Assembly (NCBI GenBank): GCA_951406725.2
Contig: OX597824.1
Location: forward strand, 18,476,001 to 18,540,000
Origin: Octopus vulgaris
Lineage: Eukaryota
DNA: 64,000 bases
Direction: 5' to 3'
Under the pieces are notes generated by a model. It was given only the letters and a program-made list of their open reading frames with translations, made no database searches and was not told where the DNA came from. The position numbers and the translations under genes were made by a program. Below are positions 1 through 13,054 of the stretch, piece by piece; the first letter of the stretch is position 1; the number at the start of each line of letters is the position of its first letter.

Positions 1-239
1 TTATCTGTGATAATCTAGAGAAACATATTTCACATCAAAGATAAGTCTAAAAGAGGTGAGGAAATTTTCGTTTTTATCAACTTTAATTTTCACACACAAT
101 ATAATGGGGGTATTCGAATATAATGGGGTAATTGGTACAGCACTGATCTACATAAAATACAATATAGTTCAGTGGATATCACAGGCAGATGGCGCTTGAG
201 AATATATTTGAAACGCTTCCACGGGAACCGGGAATATGT

Positions 240-436
240 GGAGGCACATGGCCTAGTGGTTAGAGCAGCGGACTCGCGATCAAGGTATCGTGGGTTCGAA
301 TCTCAAACCGTGTGATCTGTGTGTTTATGAGCGAAACGCCTAAGCTCCACGCGTCCAGGTAAGGAACCTCTACGCCAATGAAACCGGAAAACCGGCCCTT
401 ATGAGCCAGGCATGGCTTGTGAAGGAACAAACAAAC
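240..436 (+). mobile_element. tRNA-derived SINE with family-A head and a different 3' tail
   Basis: A box TGGCCTAGTGG and B box GGGTTCGAATCT. The head matches 10511-10630; the tail GCCAATGAAACCGG...GAAGGAACAAACAAAC is unrelated to the family-A tail. Confidence 0.8.
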
Positions 437-598
437 CTGGAATGTAATAAAGTATTGTGGACAACGTTTAACAAATGTGTTCGGTAGAAAAGCTTTGTAA
501 ATACATTATTAATTTCTTCTAAATTAAGTCTTAGGAAATATATATTTATTTAAATTATTTACAATTGAAGGATATTCGTCCTCAACTTGTTTGTTGTT

Positions 599-644
599 AA
601 CACAACGCTTCGGCTGATAATCCCTCCAGCCTTCTTCAGGTGTC
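599..644 (-). ncRNA. Minimal type-I hammerhead motif, family H1 (GAAG variant)
   Basis: Minus strand GACAC-CTGAAGA-A-GGCTG-gagggattat-CAGCC-GAAG-CG-TT-GTGTT; stems I and II pair. Confidence 0.7.
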
Positions 645-711
645 TTGGGGAAATGTCGAACCTGGGTTCTCATTCCTAAGGTATTTTTCGATGTTGTTAT
701 TATTGTTATTA

Positions 712-785
<74 letters not shown>

Positions 786-804
786 CACTTCACCATATGC
801 CCAC

Positions 805-878
805 GGGCATATGGTGTAGTGGTTAAGAGTGCGGGCTACTAACCCCAAGATTACGAGTTCGATTCCAGGCAGTGACCT
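805..878 (+). promoter_or_regulatory. tRNA-derived Pol III internal promoter (SINE-type head, not a functional tRNA)
   Basis: A box TGGTGTAGTGG 812-822, anticodon-arm-like GCGGG-CTACTAA-CCCC, B box GAGTTCGATTCC 855-866; acceptor stem imperfect. Confidence 0.75.
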
Positions 879-1003
879 GAATAATAATAATATTAATAAT
901 AATAATTATAAGTAATAATAATAATAATAATAATAACAACAACAACAACAACAACATCGAAAAATACCTTAGGAATGAGAACCCAGGTTCAAAATTTCCC
1001 CAA

Positions 1004-1049
1004 GACACCTGATGAAAGCTGGAGGGTATATCAGCCAAAACATTGTGTT
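1004..1049 (+). ncRNA. Minimal type-I hammerhead motif, family H1 (degenerate, G12>A)
   Basis: GACAC-CTGATGA-A-AGCTG-gagggtatat-CAGCC-AAAA-CA-TT-GTGTT. Confidence 0.65.
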
Positions 1050-1366
1050 AACAACAATCAAGATGAAGCCGAATAACCATCAATTGTAAATAATGTAAAT
1101 AGTGTACATAATTCCTCATCTCTTAAATATAGAACCGTATATATTTATGTATCATCAAAGCATTTAATTTCCAAAATATATCTTGTTAAGTACGGGATGC
1201 CTATTATCAATTATATCGTCTTTTAAGACGGAAACTTCAATACTTACATTCATCGTATAATATAACACCAGAATTACATGAACATTTTTTTTTCTCGTTT
1301 TATTATGAACCTCATTCATTTCCAAACCATCCAGTTCCAGAGGCATGCCCTTAAAATTATCACAGT

Positions 1367-1751
1367 GGTGGAAGCACTCCGTCGGTTACGACGACGAGGG
1401 TTCCGATTGATCTGATCAACGGAACAGCCTGCTCGTGAAATTAACGTGTAAGTGGCTGAGCACTCCACAGACACGTGCACCCTTAACGTAGTTCTCGGGG
1501 ATATTCATCGTGACACAGAGAGTGACAAGGCCGGCTCTTTGAAATACAGGCACAACAGAAACAGGAAGTAAGAGTGAGAGAAAATTGTGGTGAAGGAGTA
1601 CAGCAGGGATCGCCACCATCCCTGCCGGAGCCTCGTGGAGCTTTAGGAGTTTTTGCTCAATAAACACTCACAACGCCCGGTCTGGGAATCGAAACCGCGA
1701 TCCTACGACCGCAAGTCCGCTGCCCTAACCACTGGGCCATTGCGCCTCCAC
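1367..1751 (-). mobile_element. tRNA-derived SINE family A, full length
   Basis: Reverse complement of 10511-10895; TSD AAATT(A/C)TCACAGT at 1354-1366 and 1752-1764. Confidence 0.93.
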
Positions 1752-2896
1752 AAATTCTCACAGTACAGTTTTATAAGACCGTCAGTCGTTTTTGGTACAT
1801 ACATCTCCTTCTGCAACAGCTGACTCCTTGAGATTATAAAAAAATACTAGCTTCTTATTTTATTTACTTCAGGAAGCTGACAAACAGTCGTGATAAAGAT
1901 TAATAAATTATTTCCGTGTGTGCAAAACAAAACTGAATAAGTAAAAGCGATCCACTCGCAACAAAATCTCACACACACACAGCATACTATCATTAGGCAT
2001 ACTGTCATTAACTCCCTCTGAATATAGATGTTGCCAAATAGGGAATGGCTTTCATCTTTTGGCTGTAGTACACTAGGTATCAGAAATTAACTTAGACAAT
2101 ATGAGTCGATGATGTCGCATGACATACTAGAAATAACAGTTAAATCTTACTAGAGTAATATCAAACAATCTTATACTTAACAATGACTTTAACCTTGATT
2201 ATATAGGTCCTTGCTTAAAGCTGATCTCGAAAATATAGAAGAAACATGAAAGATCATATTCATTCTCACACATGCGCAGGCGCGCACACGTACATACATA
2301 TATAGGCTCTGATATAAGATATAAGAAGAATTTTAGACTCACGAAAATTTTACATTTTATATTCAAAGAGAGTTAACAGCATTTGTAGATTTTAGGTGAG
2401 GAGCCATTTCTCCAGGCTGTCATCAAATTGCATTGTTTTGTTCCAGTGTTTGTGTGTGCTTGTTTGTGTGTGTCTGGGCGTGTGTCAATGGGTTTGTGTA
2501 TGTTTGTGTGTGAGTATGTGTATGGGTATGTGTATATATAGGATTCGTTGGACACAACGTTATCGTTAGGCCTAACTCATTGTAAAGTAAATACCACCAT
2601 GAACGATATTCAAAACTACAGTGGAAAAGGCTTGCCACTGGTTTTGGTTAAAAAGAGACGATGAACGATGGCTAAAAGAATATTGAGATATATTTGATAA
2701 TCAGTTAATCTAGCGAGCGGGGCCTCATATCAGTGAGTGTTGGCCGATGTGCAATGATGCCGTCGAGATGTAGGCCCCGAAACGGCGCGCATTCTCTTCT
2801 AGTGACCCCTTATACTTGCTATGTAAAACATATTTCTTTCCTCTTTTTCCTACATCGGCTGCATTTCGGTTTCAGTAATTCCGCTCTCTCTTTGTC

Positions 2897-3108
2897 CAAG
2901 GGCTGCTGAAAAGTTCCTGTCTTTGGGTGAAAGATACACAGGAGGATCAGTTAATTATGATTTTATTCAACAAATTCCTCTCTTAGATTCGCACACTTAT
3001 TGCAGCAGTCCCTCAGTATTTCTAAGCCCAGTAAAAGAACTCCGAAAGTCGGGCCTCCGACCAAACCTTTCGTAATACTCTTAGAGCCAGGAACTTTTCA
3101 GCCTCCTC
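2897..3108 (-). mobile_element. Mariner-derived MITE
   Basis: Inverted termini GCTGAAAAGTTCCTG / CAGGAACTTTTCAGC. The minus strand retains a transposase C-terminus-like remnant (...NKCANLR...); homologous to 59366-59537. Confidence 0.7.
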
Positions 3109-3197
3109 CACCTCGCACTAATCTCCTTTGGGTTTCTAATATTCAAATATTTATTTATCGATCACAACAATTTTTGTTTTCCCTTTTATCTATATTC

Positions 3198-3615
3198 GGA
3201 TCTTTTCGGTTTGAACAGCAGTTTTTAACATAAATTCTAAAAAATTTTAAACTTCATATACTGGTAGAATGTGTTTATAAAACATCTTTTTCTCTTGGCT
3301 TTATTGAGAAAATTCTGTAGTTTGTAAGATATTTGTTATTTTTTTCTTCAATTTCTGCTATTTCAACCAATCACTGACGTCTATTGAGGTAAAAAGCATC
3401 CTGTGCCGTATGAATATGTCTCTCGTTTAAGAAACAGATTGGGTTTATTTACATTTGTGAAGAAAAAAAGATACCCTTCCCCCCACCCCTAACCCTAACT
3501 AACCCTAATCCTAAAACAGATTGAAATGCAATACATCGATACTAGGGTCATAATTATGAGTAACAATTTCATATGACACCGCTAGAAAAAACTGCCGTTC
3601 AAACCGAAAAGATCC
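3198..3615. mobile_element. MITE with 29-bp TIRs and an internal (CCCTAA)n-like tract
   Basis: GGATCTTTTCGGTTTGAACAGCAGTTTTT / AAAAACTGCCGTTCAAACCGAAAAGATCC; CCCTAA repeats at 3487-3514. Confidence 0.85.
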
Positions 3616-3884
3616 CTATGTTCTGATATTATGGAGATTTAACTAAGCTATGACAGGTAAGAGTTGAGCAACTAGACAAAAGGAAGCGCCCTATTTTTAC
3701 AAATTTCACCCTGGAAAATTTTAGGCGTTTAAAGGTAGCGATCTGATGTCTATCGAAAAGACAGGAAACTTGATGTAAACCATGCCGAGAAATCTTAAGT
3801 TTGCATTCTTTTGTACCCATACATACTTGCCTCTAAGTAACTGTGTTGAGTTCAATATATCTTTCCATACTGTAAGCAAATCTT

Positions 3885-4046
3885 AATAGGTGTATATATA
3901 GACACACATACATACACGTACACATACATATTCATACGCATACGTACATTCATATACGTATATATATTCATTATGTATTATTGATAAATGTATGTACACA
4001 CATTCTTTGTGTATACATATATTGTGTATGTGTTTGTGTGTATATG

Positions 4047-4083
<37 letters not shown>

Positions 4084-4099
4084 ATACATGTATATATAA

Positions 4100-4154
<55 letters not shown>

Positions 4155-4360
4155 TCTTTGTATGTGCGTATTCTGTGTATACATATATTGCGCACGTGTT
4201 TGTGTGTATGTATATATATATATATATGCGTGTATATATATGTATATATATATATATATATACATATATATACTCACATACACAGACATACATATATACG
4301 TCTCTTTGTAGGTGCGTATGTATGTTTATGTGTATTTATGAACATGTGTATTTATGTATA
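3885..4360. repeat. Compound (TA)n/(TG)n microsatellite
   Basis: Direct reading; one of many such tracts in the window. Confidence 0.95.
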
Positions 4361-5230
4361 AAAGTAAGAAATAATAAATATCATAGCTATAACGACATCA
4401 CAGAAGTATTTTGCACATGTGAATGTATGTATGCTTGAAAAGAAATCGTGATAAAGATGTTGATGCTTAATAGATAAGTGGAGAAATTTATTAGAAATAT
4501 GTCATTTTTCCGTTTCTCTTGTATGCTTTTTTAACTGAATACATAAAATATTCAACAAGATAGAAAACTATTCAGCCATTTTTATTCTTTGCTTGCCTTC
4601 ATCTTCGCTTTATAGAAAGGAAAATTCAGTTTGTGGGAAGTTGAATGACATATATATGTGTTCTGTCTGTATATACCATTAATTTCATTGCAGCTTTCTC
4701 TGTATCGTATCTGGCTGAATAATATATAACCTTTTTGACTCCTTTGCTTGTTTATACCTTTAAAAAATACGCTACCGGTGCAAGAAAGATGGATTTTTGT
4801 GATATATGTTGGGGATAAAAATTAGATACGAATCACAGATGCCAAAATAAATTATTCTTTGTATGAAATAAAAAAAAACAAATGTAGAAAACATAAAGGT
4901 TTAAAAAATATAAAGAAGTATATTTTGAAATTCTCTATTAATGTAAAACAGAATTGCATAATTGGCAATTCCAAAGATTTCTTTTAATTAATTGCAAAAA
5001 TATATATTTTTTTCAAAACTACCTTCTACGTTATGGACATTATACAGAGTAAGAAAAAGTTTACTTTGAGTTACATTACTCAGGTAAAGGAAGTAGAGGT
5101 TTTAGTAAATCGAAATATCACACATTGGGTAGTAAGAAAGACCCACCCTACCCACCACCCATCCAAATTGTAGAAGCTTGTTGCAACATTGTCGGCTGTA
5201 GATTTTCTGCTTAATTTCTATAGCAATACA

Positions 5231-5632
5231 CTTTACTCTTTTACACGTTTCAGTCATTTGACTGTGGCCATGCTGGAGCACCGCCTTTAGTCGAGCAAAT
5301 CGACCCCAGGACTTATTCTTTGTAAGCCTAGTACTTATTCTATCGGTCTCTTTTACCGAACCGCTAAGTTACGGTGACGTAAACACACCAGCATCGGTTG
5401 TCAAGCGATGTTGGTGAGACAAGAACAAACATAGACACATAAACACACACATACATTCATACATATATACGACGGGCTTCTTTCAGTTTCCGTCTACAAA
5501 ATCCACTCACAAGGCTTAAGTCGGCCCGAGGCTATAGTAGAAGACACTTGCCCAAGGTGCCACGCAGTGGGACTGAACCGGGAACCATATGGTTGGTAAG
5601 CAAGCTACTTACCACTCAACCACTCATGCGCC
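5231..5632 (-). mobile_element. tRNA-derived SINE family B (CORE-like domain, internal TA/CA tract)
   Basis: Head GGCGCA(T/G)GAGTGG...GGTTCAGTCCC, CORE-like CACCTTGGGCAAGTGTCTT, tail GCTCCAGCATGGCC...GAAAC..GTAAAAGAG. Confidence 0.92.
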
Positions 5633-6244
5633 TATGTTGAAGACCTCAGACTAATAATCCAGTGTGCGGTTTTTCAGAACACTATCATGAAATTTGAGAA
5701 CATTTTGGCTTAATTCGAGTCCTTCAGAATACGAATATATTGGGTAATGATTAATCATAGTCAAATAAGACCCCACAGTTCCGTAAGGAAAAGACCAGTA
5801 GTTCATGTTTGAAATGCTCTTCATGATAAAACTGCTCTCTCTCAGTTCTGATCTGGGGATAAATACCATCTACAACTTGTTTATCGTAATCTTCTTTTAT
5901 TTGTTATTATATTACCAAGTAACAAATAAACTTGTCAAACAAGATAGTTTATTTATTGGAATATACGGTGTGGTCGTATATATAATTGACTACAAAACAT
6001 TAAAATCCAAGGGAGCTAGCGATGTTCTACGTCAGCAGAGAGAGAGAGTAAAGACAGAATGTTGCCGTTTGTAAGGAAATGAGTTTAAAGATTCAGAAAG
6101 AAGCCTTCAACCAGAAGGTAGATAAAAATATCAAATTGCAGTTTTTTTTTTATTTTTGTTAATATTTTTGTTCGCAATTCTTTATAGTAAAGCACTGCCT
6201 CTTATCTTTCCTTTTATTTTAAGGGCAGGAGAAAGTCGATTGCC

Positions 6245-6693
<449 letters not shown>

Positions 6694-7678
6694 ACAAAAA
6701 AAACAATATTTTAAATAATTTCTTCATATATGCATAGAAATGAATCATTAAAACGTTGTGTTTACAAAGTGTGAGGCGAAAGATAAGACGAAGTTATATA
6801 AAAGATGACGGTAGGTGCATAGACGTCATATAATGAATATATTAATCCTGTTACATACATACTTGCCCAAGGAGCTTTGCCATAATATTTAACTCAGAAC
6901 CATGACATGGCAAATTGATTTTTTGAACTCCCTTACGGCTATGTCTGTCTCTTTGTTTGATATCTGAAGTGATTTGTCTTCAATTCGAAACTAAATGAAA
7001 TTTAAGTTTTTTGTCATCGTTTTATTTTTTTTTATTCCGTTAGTGTTTATATCTCGCTTGTTCGTTCCAGACGCACTATTCCTATGAATGCTTTCTACCA
7101 GAAGAATAATAAGTTCGAAGAAGTGAATTTTGCAGCCACGACTCAGTGGATTATAGCAATATGTTGAATATCGACGTCGGCATCAGCTCGCCGAATTTCT
7201 TGTGTCTCAATATATTTTGTTTCCCATGATATTCTCCGTAATCTTTCGTGATCAGCAAAACTTGTACAAGACTTTCCAGCAGAAAAATATCAGTGAGAGT
7301 GAGTGTGTGTGTGGACGTAATAATATATGTGTGGTTAATATAGTTGCTTCTCAAAAATGTGCTTTCGTATTCGATCCAGCCGTTGCTCTATAGCACTGCC
7401 TCGGAGAGCTATCATAAAGCTATCGTAAAGCGAAACTAAGCTGAGGGAATTTGGGAGAAACTCCATTGTAGGGATGGTCCAAGTTGCATGTGTAATGCAT
7501 CTCCAGGTTTATCACCATCTGAGGCCTCAGTGCATTTGGTAATGTTCTCTCTTTCCTCAGGTTCTGTGCCCATTTCCGATGTGTGTTTAACAGCAGCTAG
7601 CCTTCCTTTGACTAGTGCCACTGGCGCTATAGCAGTTCATGAACGTTTTCCTTGTCCTACCGAAGCCAAGATAACATT

Positions 7679-7794
<116 letters not shown>

Positions 7795-8467
7795 TGTGTT
7801 TGTGTCTTTGTGTTTGTATTAGTCAACAACTGTTCGGCAAAAGAGTCCGATAGACTAAGTACCCGGCTTACAAAGGCGGTGCTCCAGCATGGCAGCAGTC
7901 AAATGACTGAAACAAGTAAATGAGTATAATATTGATTTCAAGTTTTCGGTACGAGGCCAGCAATTTCGGAGGATAGGGTAGGTCGATTACATCGAATCCA
8001 GTACTCAACTGGTACTTGTTTTATGGACCCCGAAAGAATGAAAGGCAAAATCGACCACTGTGGAATATGAACTCAGACCGTACAGCCGGACGAAATGCTG
8101 CTAAGCGTTTTGACCGACGCGCTAACGATTCTGCCAGCTGGCTACATTCTTATCTGTCATACTATTAATATAAATGCCAAGACCCAAAAAACAAAAGAGA
8201 ATTGAATATCGAAAAATCGAATATCCAAGTTTTCTGATAAAAAATCAACTGTATTATAATATGATTCATAAACTTCAAAAAATGTCATGTCTTAATATTT
8301 AAGGTTTTTTTGTAATTTGTTTTGGTATTTCATCAGGAGTTTTTTTCCTATTTTTTATTTTTTATTTTTCGTTTTGGTAATTTACCAATTCCCCATTAAT
8401 ATTTATTAACATTTATTGTATCACTTACTTAAGAAGGCAGTGGGTAACGATTTTCTTCACTACTTCA

Positions 8468-8790
8468 GGGAGTGACGACCCTGCCTGACACGAGTCCCGG
8501 GCTCAGCTGGCTCCGGCTGACAGTATCTGATATGGGCCCCTATCCAGGGTTACGGAAAGGAGACAACCTTCAAAGAAATCCGGAGTGGAGCCCCGTAGGT
8601 GGTTTAGTGTTCGACTTGACACTCTTCCGGCAGCTTCTGCAACCAAGCTGGTGCCAAACGTAATGCTCTGCACTCCTTTGCATTACGTCAGTAAGGTCGA
8701 GAGAAGATTCCTGACGATTGGGCTACCCAGGATTTTCTGACATCTAGCCCAGGCCTGCGCAAAACTAGAGGGGGAACTGGAAAGGACATG
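8468..8790 (+). mobile_element. Probable 5' UTR fragment of an RTE-type LINE
   Basis: GC-rich island with AAATCCGGAGTGGAGCCCC and GCAACCAAGCTGGTGCCAAACGTA, which I recall from RTE 5' UTRs; no ORF. Confidence 0.45.
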
Positions 8791-9392
8791 AAATTTAAAA
8801 ACCAGACTGGATTAGTTTATGCGTAACTCCATTATCTTCCGAGACAAAAGGATACCAACAACACAACTTAAGAAGCTCACTCACAAGCGCTATGAAACAG
8901 CTGTAACCTAATCAGGTTGAAAATGAATCCAGAGCTGTGTTCTTATGGAGCACACTTTGCATCCACGTGGGTTCGGATTCAGTGCCATTGCGTGCCACTT
9001 TCTATTATAGCCCTTGGCCGACCAAAGTAAACTTTGTAAATAGAAACAGTATGGGAGATCCTTGAATATATATATGTATGTATATATGTGTGTATGTGTG
9101 TTTGTGCATTCCCATCACGGATTAACCATGGGTGTTAGTTTATTTACATCCCCGTAACAGCTGTTCAGCAAAAGAGACTTCTGGAATAAATAACAGTCTT
9201 TAAAAAACTATTTGGATCGATTTGTTCGGCTGAGCCCTTGAAACTGTTATTACAGTATAACTGCAGCCCAGTTACTAAAACAAGTAAAATATCAAAGAGA
9301 AAGAAAGAAATATATAAGCCAGCGAATACTTACAACCATAAAAATAAAGTGATCTTTCCCTCTATATTTTACATTTAACTTATAATTCTACA

Positions 9393-9630
9393 CAGTTCTA
9401 TATTTAAGAGATGAGGAATTATGTAAATTATTTACATTTGACGGATATTTGTCCTCATCTTGTTTGTTATTAACACAACGCTTCGGCTGATATACCCCCA
9501 GCCTTCAGCAGGTGTCTTGGGGAAGTTTCGGACCTGGGTTCGCATTCCTGAGGTATTTTTCCGAATCGTTGTGTTAACAAGAAACAAGATGAGGACAAAT
9601 ATCTGTCAAATGTAAATAATGTAAATAATG
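9393..9630 (-). mobile_element. Family H1 hammerhead element, 5'-truncated with inverted 5' segment
   Basis: 9393-9560 is homologous to the reverse complement of 960-1135; 9561-9629 is an inverted copy. Flanking repeat CTTATAATTCTACA at 9379 and 9631. Confidence 0.85.
9472..9516 (-). ncRNA. Minimal hammerhead motif, family H1 (degenerate)
   Basis: GACAC-CTGCTGA-A-GGCTG-ggggtatat-CAGCC-GAAG-CG-TT-GTGTT. Confidence 0.6.
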
Positions 9631-10510
9631 CTTATAATTCTACAGTTCTAATTCTGACTCACGTTTAGACATTTTGGTAATTTACATTTATTTCTATCAA
9701 CGAGAAATCAATTAAATTCCTTAGAAAGTTGGGAAATTCCGTCGTTTTCTGGTATTTTAACGTTTGTTTATCCTATTTCGTTTTCTTAAAGAATTATTTA
9801 ATTTCATATCCAGTCATGTGATGCATAATAGCACGTATGATGATGCTAAGGCGGCGAGCTGGCAGAAACGTTAGCACGCCGGGCGAAATGCGTAGCCGTA
9901 TTTCGTCTGCCGTTACGTTCTGAGTTCAAATTCCGCCGAGTTACTCGGTGTTGATAAAGTGCAATAACCCAGAAACCGGTCCGTAAATGTTGTTTTGCGC
10001 TGGATGGGTGTTCGGAAACTGAGATCCCTGTTCGAAAACATAAGGCCACAGATATTGTGTCATATAGCCAGCTAGAAACGATGTTTCCTGGAGCTAAACA
10101 ACAGTAACCTCGTCCCTTCCAGGACAACTACATTATGTTGTCAAATAGCCTTTACTTTATAATAAACTTCTGATTCTGGTCAAAAGGCTAATTCTTCGCA
10201 GATAAAATGTCCTGAGTATTTAATACTTGTTTCGAATTTTAGCACAATAGCAGCAAATTCGGACGAAGTTGATTGCATCCACCCCAGTACTCAACTGGCA
10301 CCTGCTTTATCGAGCCCGAAAGGATGGAAGCCAAAGCCGACCTCGGCGGCACTTGAATTTCGTAAACACGTACGAAATGCCGCTAAGCCTTTTGCCCGTC
10401 GTACCAGCTCCCCGCCTAAACAGACTATTTAATATTAGTCCTCAATATGTAACCACACTGACTTAAAGTAGAATTCAACGCAGACGAATAAGCATCATAT
10501 TAGCATTTGT

Positions 10511-10895
10511 GGAGGCGCAATGGCCCAGTGGTTAGGGCAGCGGACTCGCGGTCATAGGATCGCGGTTTTGATTCCCAGACCGGGCGTTGTGAGTGTTTAT
10601 TGAGCGAAAACACCTAAAAGTTCCACGAGGCTCCGGCAGGGGATGGTGGTGATCCCTGCTGTACTCTTTCACCACAACTTTCTCTCACTCTTACTTCCTG
10701 TTTCTGTTGTACCTGTATTTCAAAGGGCCGGCCTTGTCACTCTCTGTGTCACGCTGAATATCCCCGAGAACTACGTTAAGGGTACACGTGTCTGTGGAGT
10801 GCTCAGCCACTTACACTTTAATTTCACGAGCAGGCTGTTCCGTTGATTCGGATCAACCGGAACCCTCGTTGTCGTAACCGACGGAGTGCTTCCAC
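10511..10895 (+). mobile_element. tRNA-derived SINE family A, full length
   Basis: A box TGGCCCAGTGG, B-box-like GGTTTTGATTCC; perfect 15-bp TSD CATATTAGCATTTGT at 10496-10510 and 10896-10910. Confidence 0.95.
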
Positions 10896-13054
10896 CATAT
10901 TAGCATTTGTACTCACTCTGAACAAGAGATGAATATCTCATTGAGAAAATTTCAAAAATATTTGGTACAACTTCTCAAGAACAACATGTACTGAAACGAA
11001 ATGGAATTTAGTGTACTGCTAATAAACACAGAGAATTGTCGTGTATCCATTTGAACTTCAGATTTAAGGGTTGATAAGTCCAAAACTATAATCCAGCAAG
11101 GTATTTCGCATTTAATATTCTTGTATTCTTTTAATATATATTTTATTTTCAGTTAGTGTGTGTGTATGTGTGTGTATGTGTGAAGAGTGGGGTCTGATGT
11201 ATCGTCGTATATTTTACTTTTGTTCATATTTCGTGAGAATAATTTATAGCTATTAGTTTTTTTATGAAGTTGCTCACAGAGAGAAATAAATGTTTTATGT
11301 TCTCTCATGACCATGTTCTTGTTATTGTTGTTCAAAAATAAATGATCAAAAAGAAAAAATCGGTAGCAAAATAATCAAAACTTTTTTTCCGTGTCGCTAC
11401 ACTAGACATCTTATAACATTCGGAAAAAAAAAAAAAAGAAAAAAAATATATGGCGACCGTTTCAACAAATACATCTTAAAACATATCTATCATGAGAAAA
11501 CTGATGGTGTTAGAGCAAGTGAATATAAGAAGGGGGTACAAAGATACGGGTAACTGATAAATTCAGATTTACTGTTATATCATATGCTATAATCGTGACA
11601 AAATATCTAACATAACCACCAACGTCACTCTGGTATTTCCAGCCAACACAAGGAAAAACAAAAACCCGAACCTATGTAGGAAACCAACAAAAAAGCTACC
11701 TTTGATGTTTTTGTCTCGGATGTTTTGTTGTCGATGTTGTTGTTATCCTATTTCGTCGTTGTTGCTGTTGTTGTTGTTGTGAGGTCTATGTTATGTTCGT
11801 TGTTATTGTTGTTGGCATTGTCCTTACTGTCGAAGTGATGGTAAATGGCTCTTGGACTTACCATTCTGCTTCTCTTTGCTTCTTCTGCTTGTTTCTGTTT
11901 CTTCTGTTCCCTAAATAGTATTTGCAATGACATGGCCCCAATCGCTAGAGCTTCGCAGAAAATGTTTTGTGGTATTTGTTGCAAGTCTTTTACATTTTAA
12001 ATTTAGATCATCTCGAGGTCGACTTTGCCTTTCATCCTTTCATTGTTCATAAAAGGAAGTACAACTTTGGCAGCTGGGTCGATAGTATCAACAAAACCCT
12101 ACCCCACTGAATTGTTGGCCTCGTACCAAGATTTGAAACCAAAGGCCATGAGCTTACGGAACCCTAAAGCATGTGGGGCAAATACATAGTGGCATTTCTC
12201 CAGGATTCTTTGCGCTCTAAATTCAAATGCCACTGAGATCGACTTTGCCTTTCATCCTTTCGGAATCCATAAAAATATGCAGCAATCAAACACTAGGGTT
12301 GATGTGAACGAGTTAGCCCTTCCTCTAAGAAGTTTCTGGCTTGTGCAAAAAATTTAAAAGAACTAGATTCGTTAGCAGAATCAAAGCGTTAAAAACAAAC
12401 TGATTTCCGTTTAGTTAGAGCCTTTTCCCGTTTCGACATCAAATCCTGCGGAGTTCAGCTTTGCTTTTCATCCAAATGAGTTCAATAAATTTTGAATGCA
12501 TATTTTATTATATATAATTTTTTTTTATTTGATTGTTTAAACGTAACTCTTGAGAAAAAAGGTGTTTGCTTTCAGTTCTTCATTTGCTCCACTCCTTTTT
12601 ACAAAAAATGCAAACACCACATTAATATATCACTTTTATGAAAATAACTAGAGCGCATGAGGATAGCAGTGGAATAAAGAATATAAAAAAAAAATTACAC
12701 CGGTGTCATAAATCTACATAAGACGTCAAAGCACATGGGTATCAACTCGCCAATAGGACACACGGAGACTTAGTAGATCAATTGATTTGGGGCTGATACC
12801 AGAAAAAAAAAACAAGAGAATATTTTCTATACCACTGGAATTTGAACTTCGCAAGACAGCCTTTGTCATGGAAGATGAAGAAACATAAAAAAATGTTCAA
12901 TTCGAATATTAATTCCAGTTTTCTTCGACTTACCCTTGTTTCTTTATTTCATCTCAACTGTTTTTTTTTTTCTTTTTTGAAAAGAGATGGTAATTTAAAT
13001 ATATTATGTGTCTTTATATCTGAACTCCTTAATGAGGCATTGACATAACATATG

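Larger units (their letters stand above)
547..1135. mobile_element. Palindromic (head-to-head) element: tRNA-like head + (AAT)n + hammerhead-bearing Penelope-like tail
   Basis: 547-698 is the reverse complement of ~950-1100. A central palindrome 781-802/805-826 has a 2-nt loop, with (ATT)n to the left and (AAT)n to the right. Confidence 0.85.

Noticed and set aside
438-458. TGGAATGTAATAAAGTAT resembles miR-1
   Set aside because: Two internal mismatches, no complementary arm nearby, and it sits at a SINE flank.
805-878. Functional tRNA gene
   Set aside because: Acceptor and T stems are imperfect, there is no terminator, and it is embedded in a repeat; treated as a SINE-type head.
2710-2790. 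Hammerhead-like CTAGCGA..GGGGCCT/AGGCCCC-GAAA
   Set aside because: Core is not CUGANGA and no stem I or UH site can be formed.
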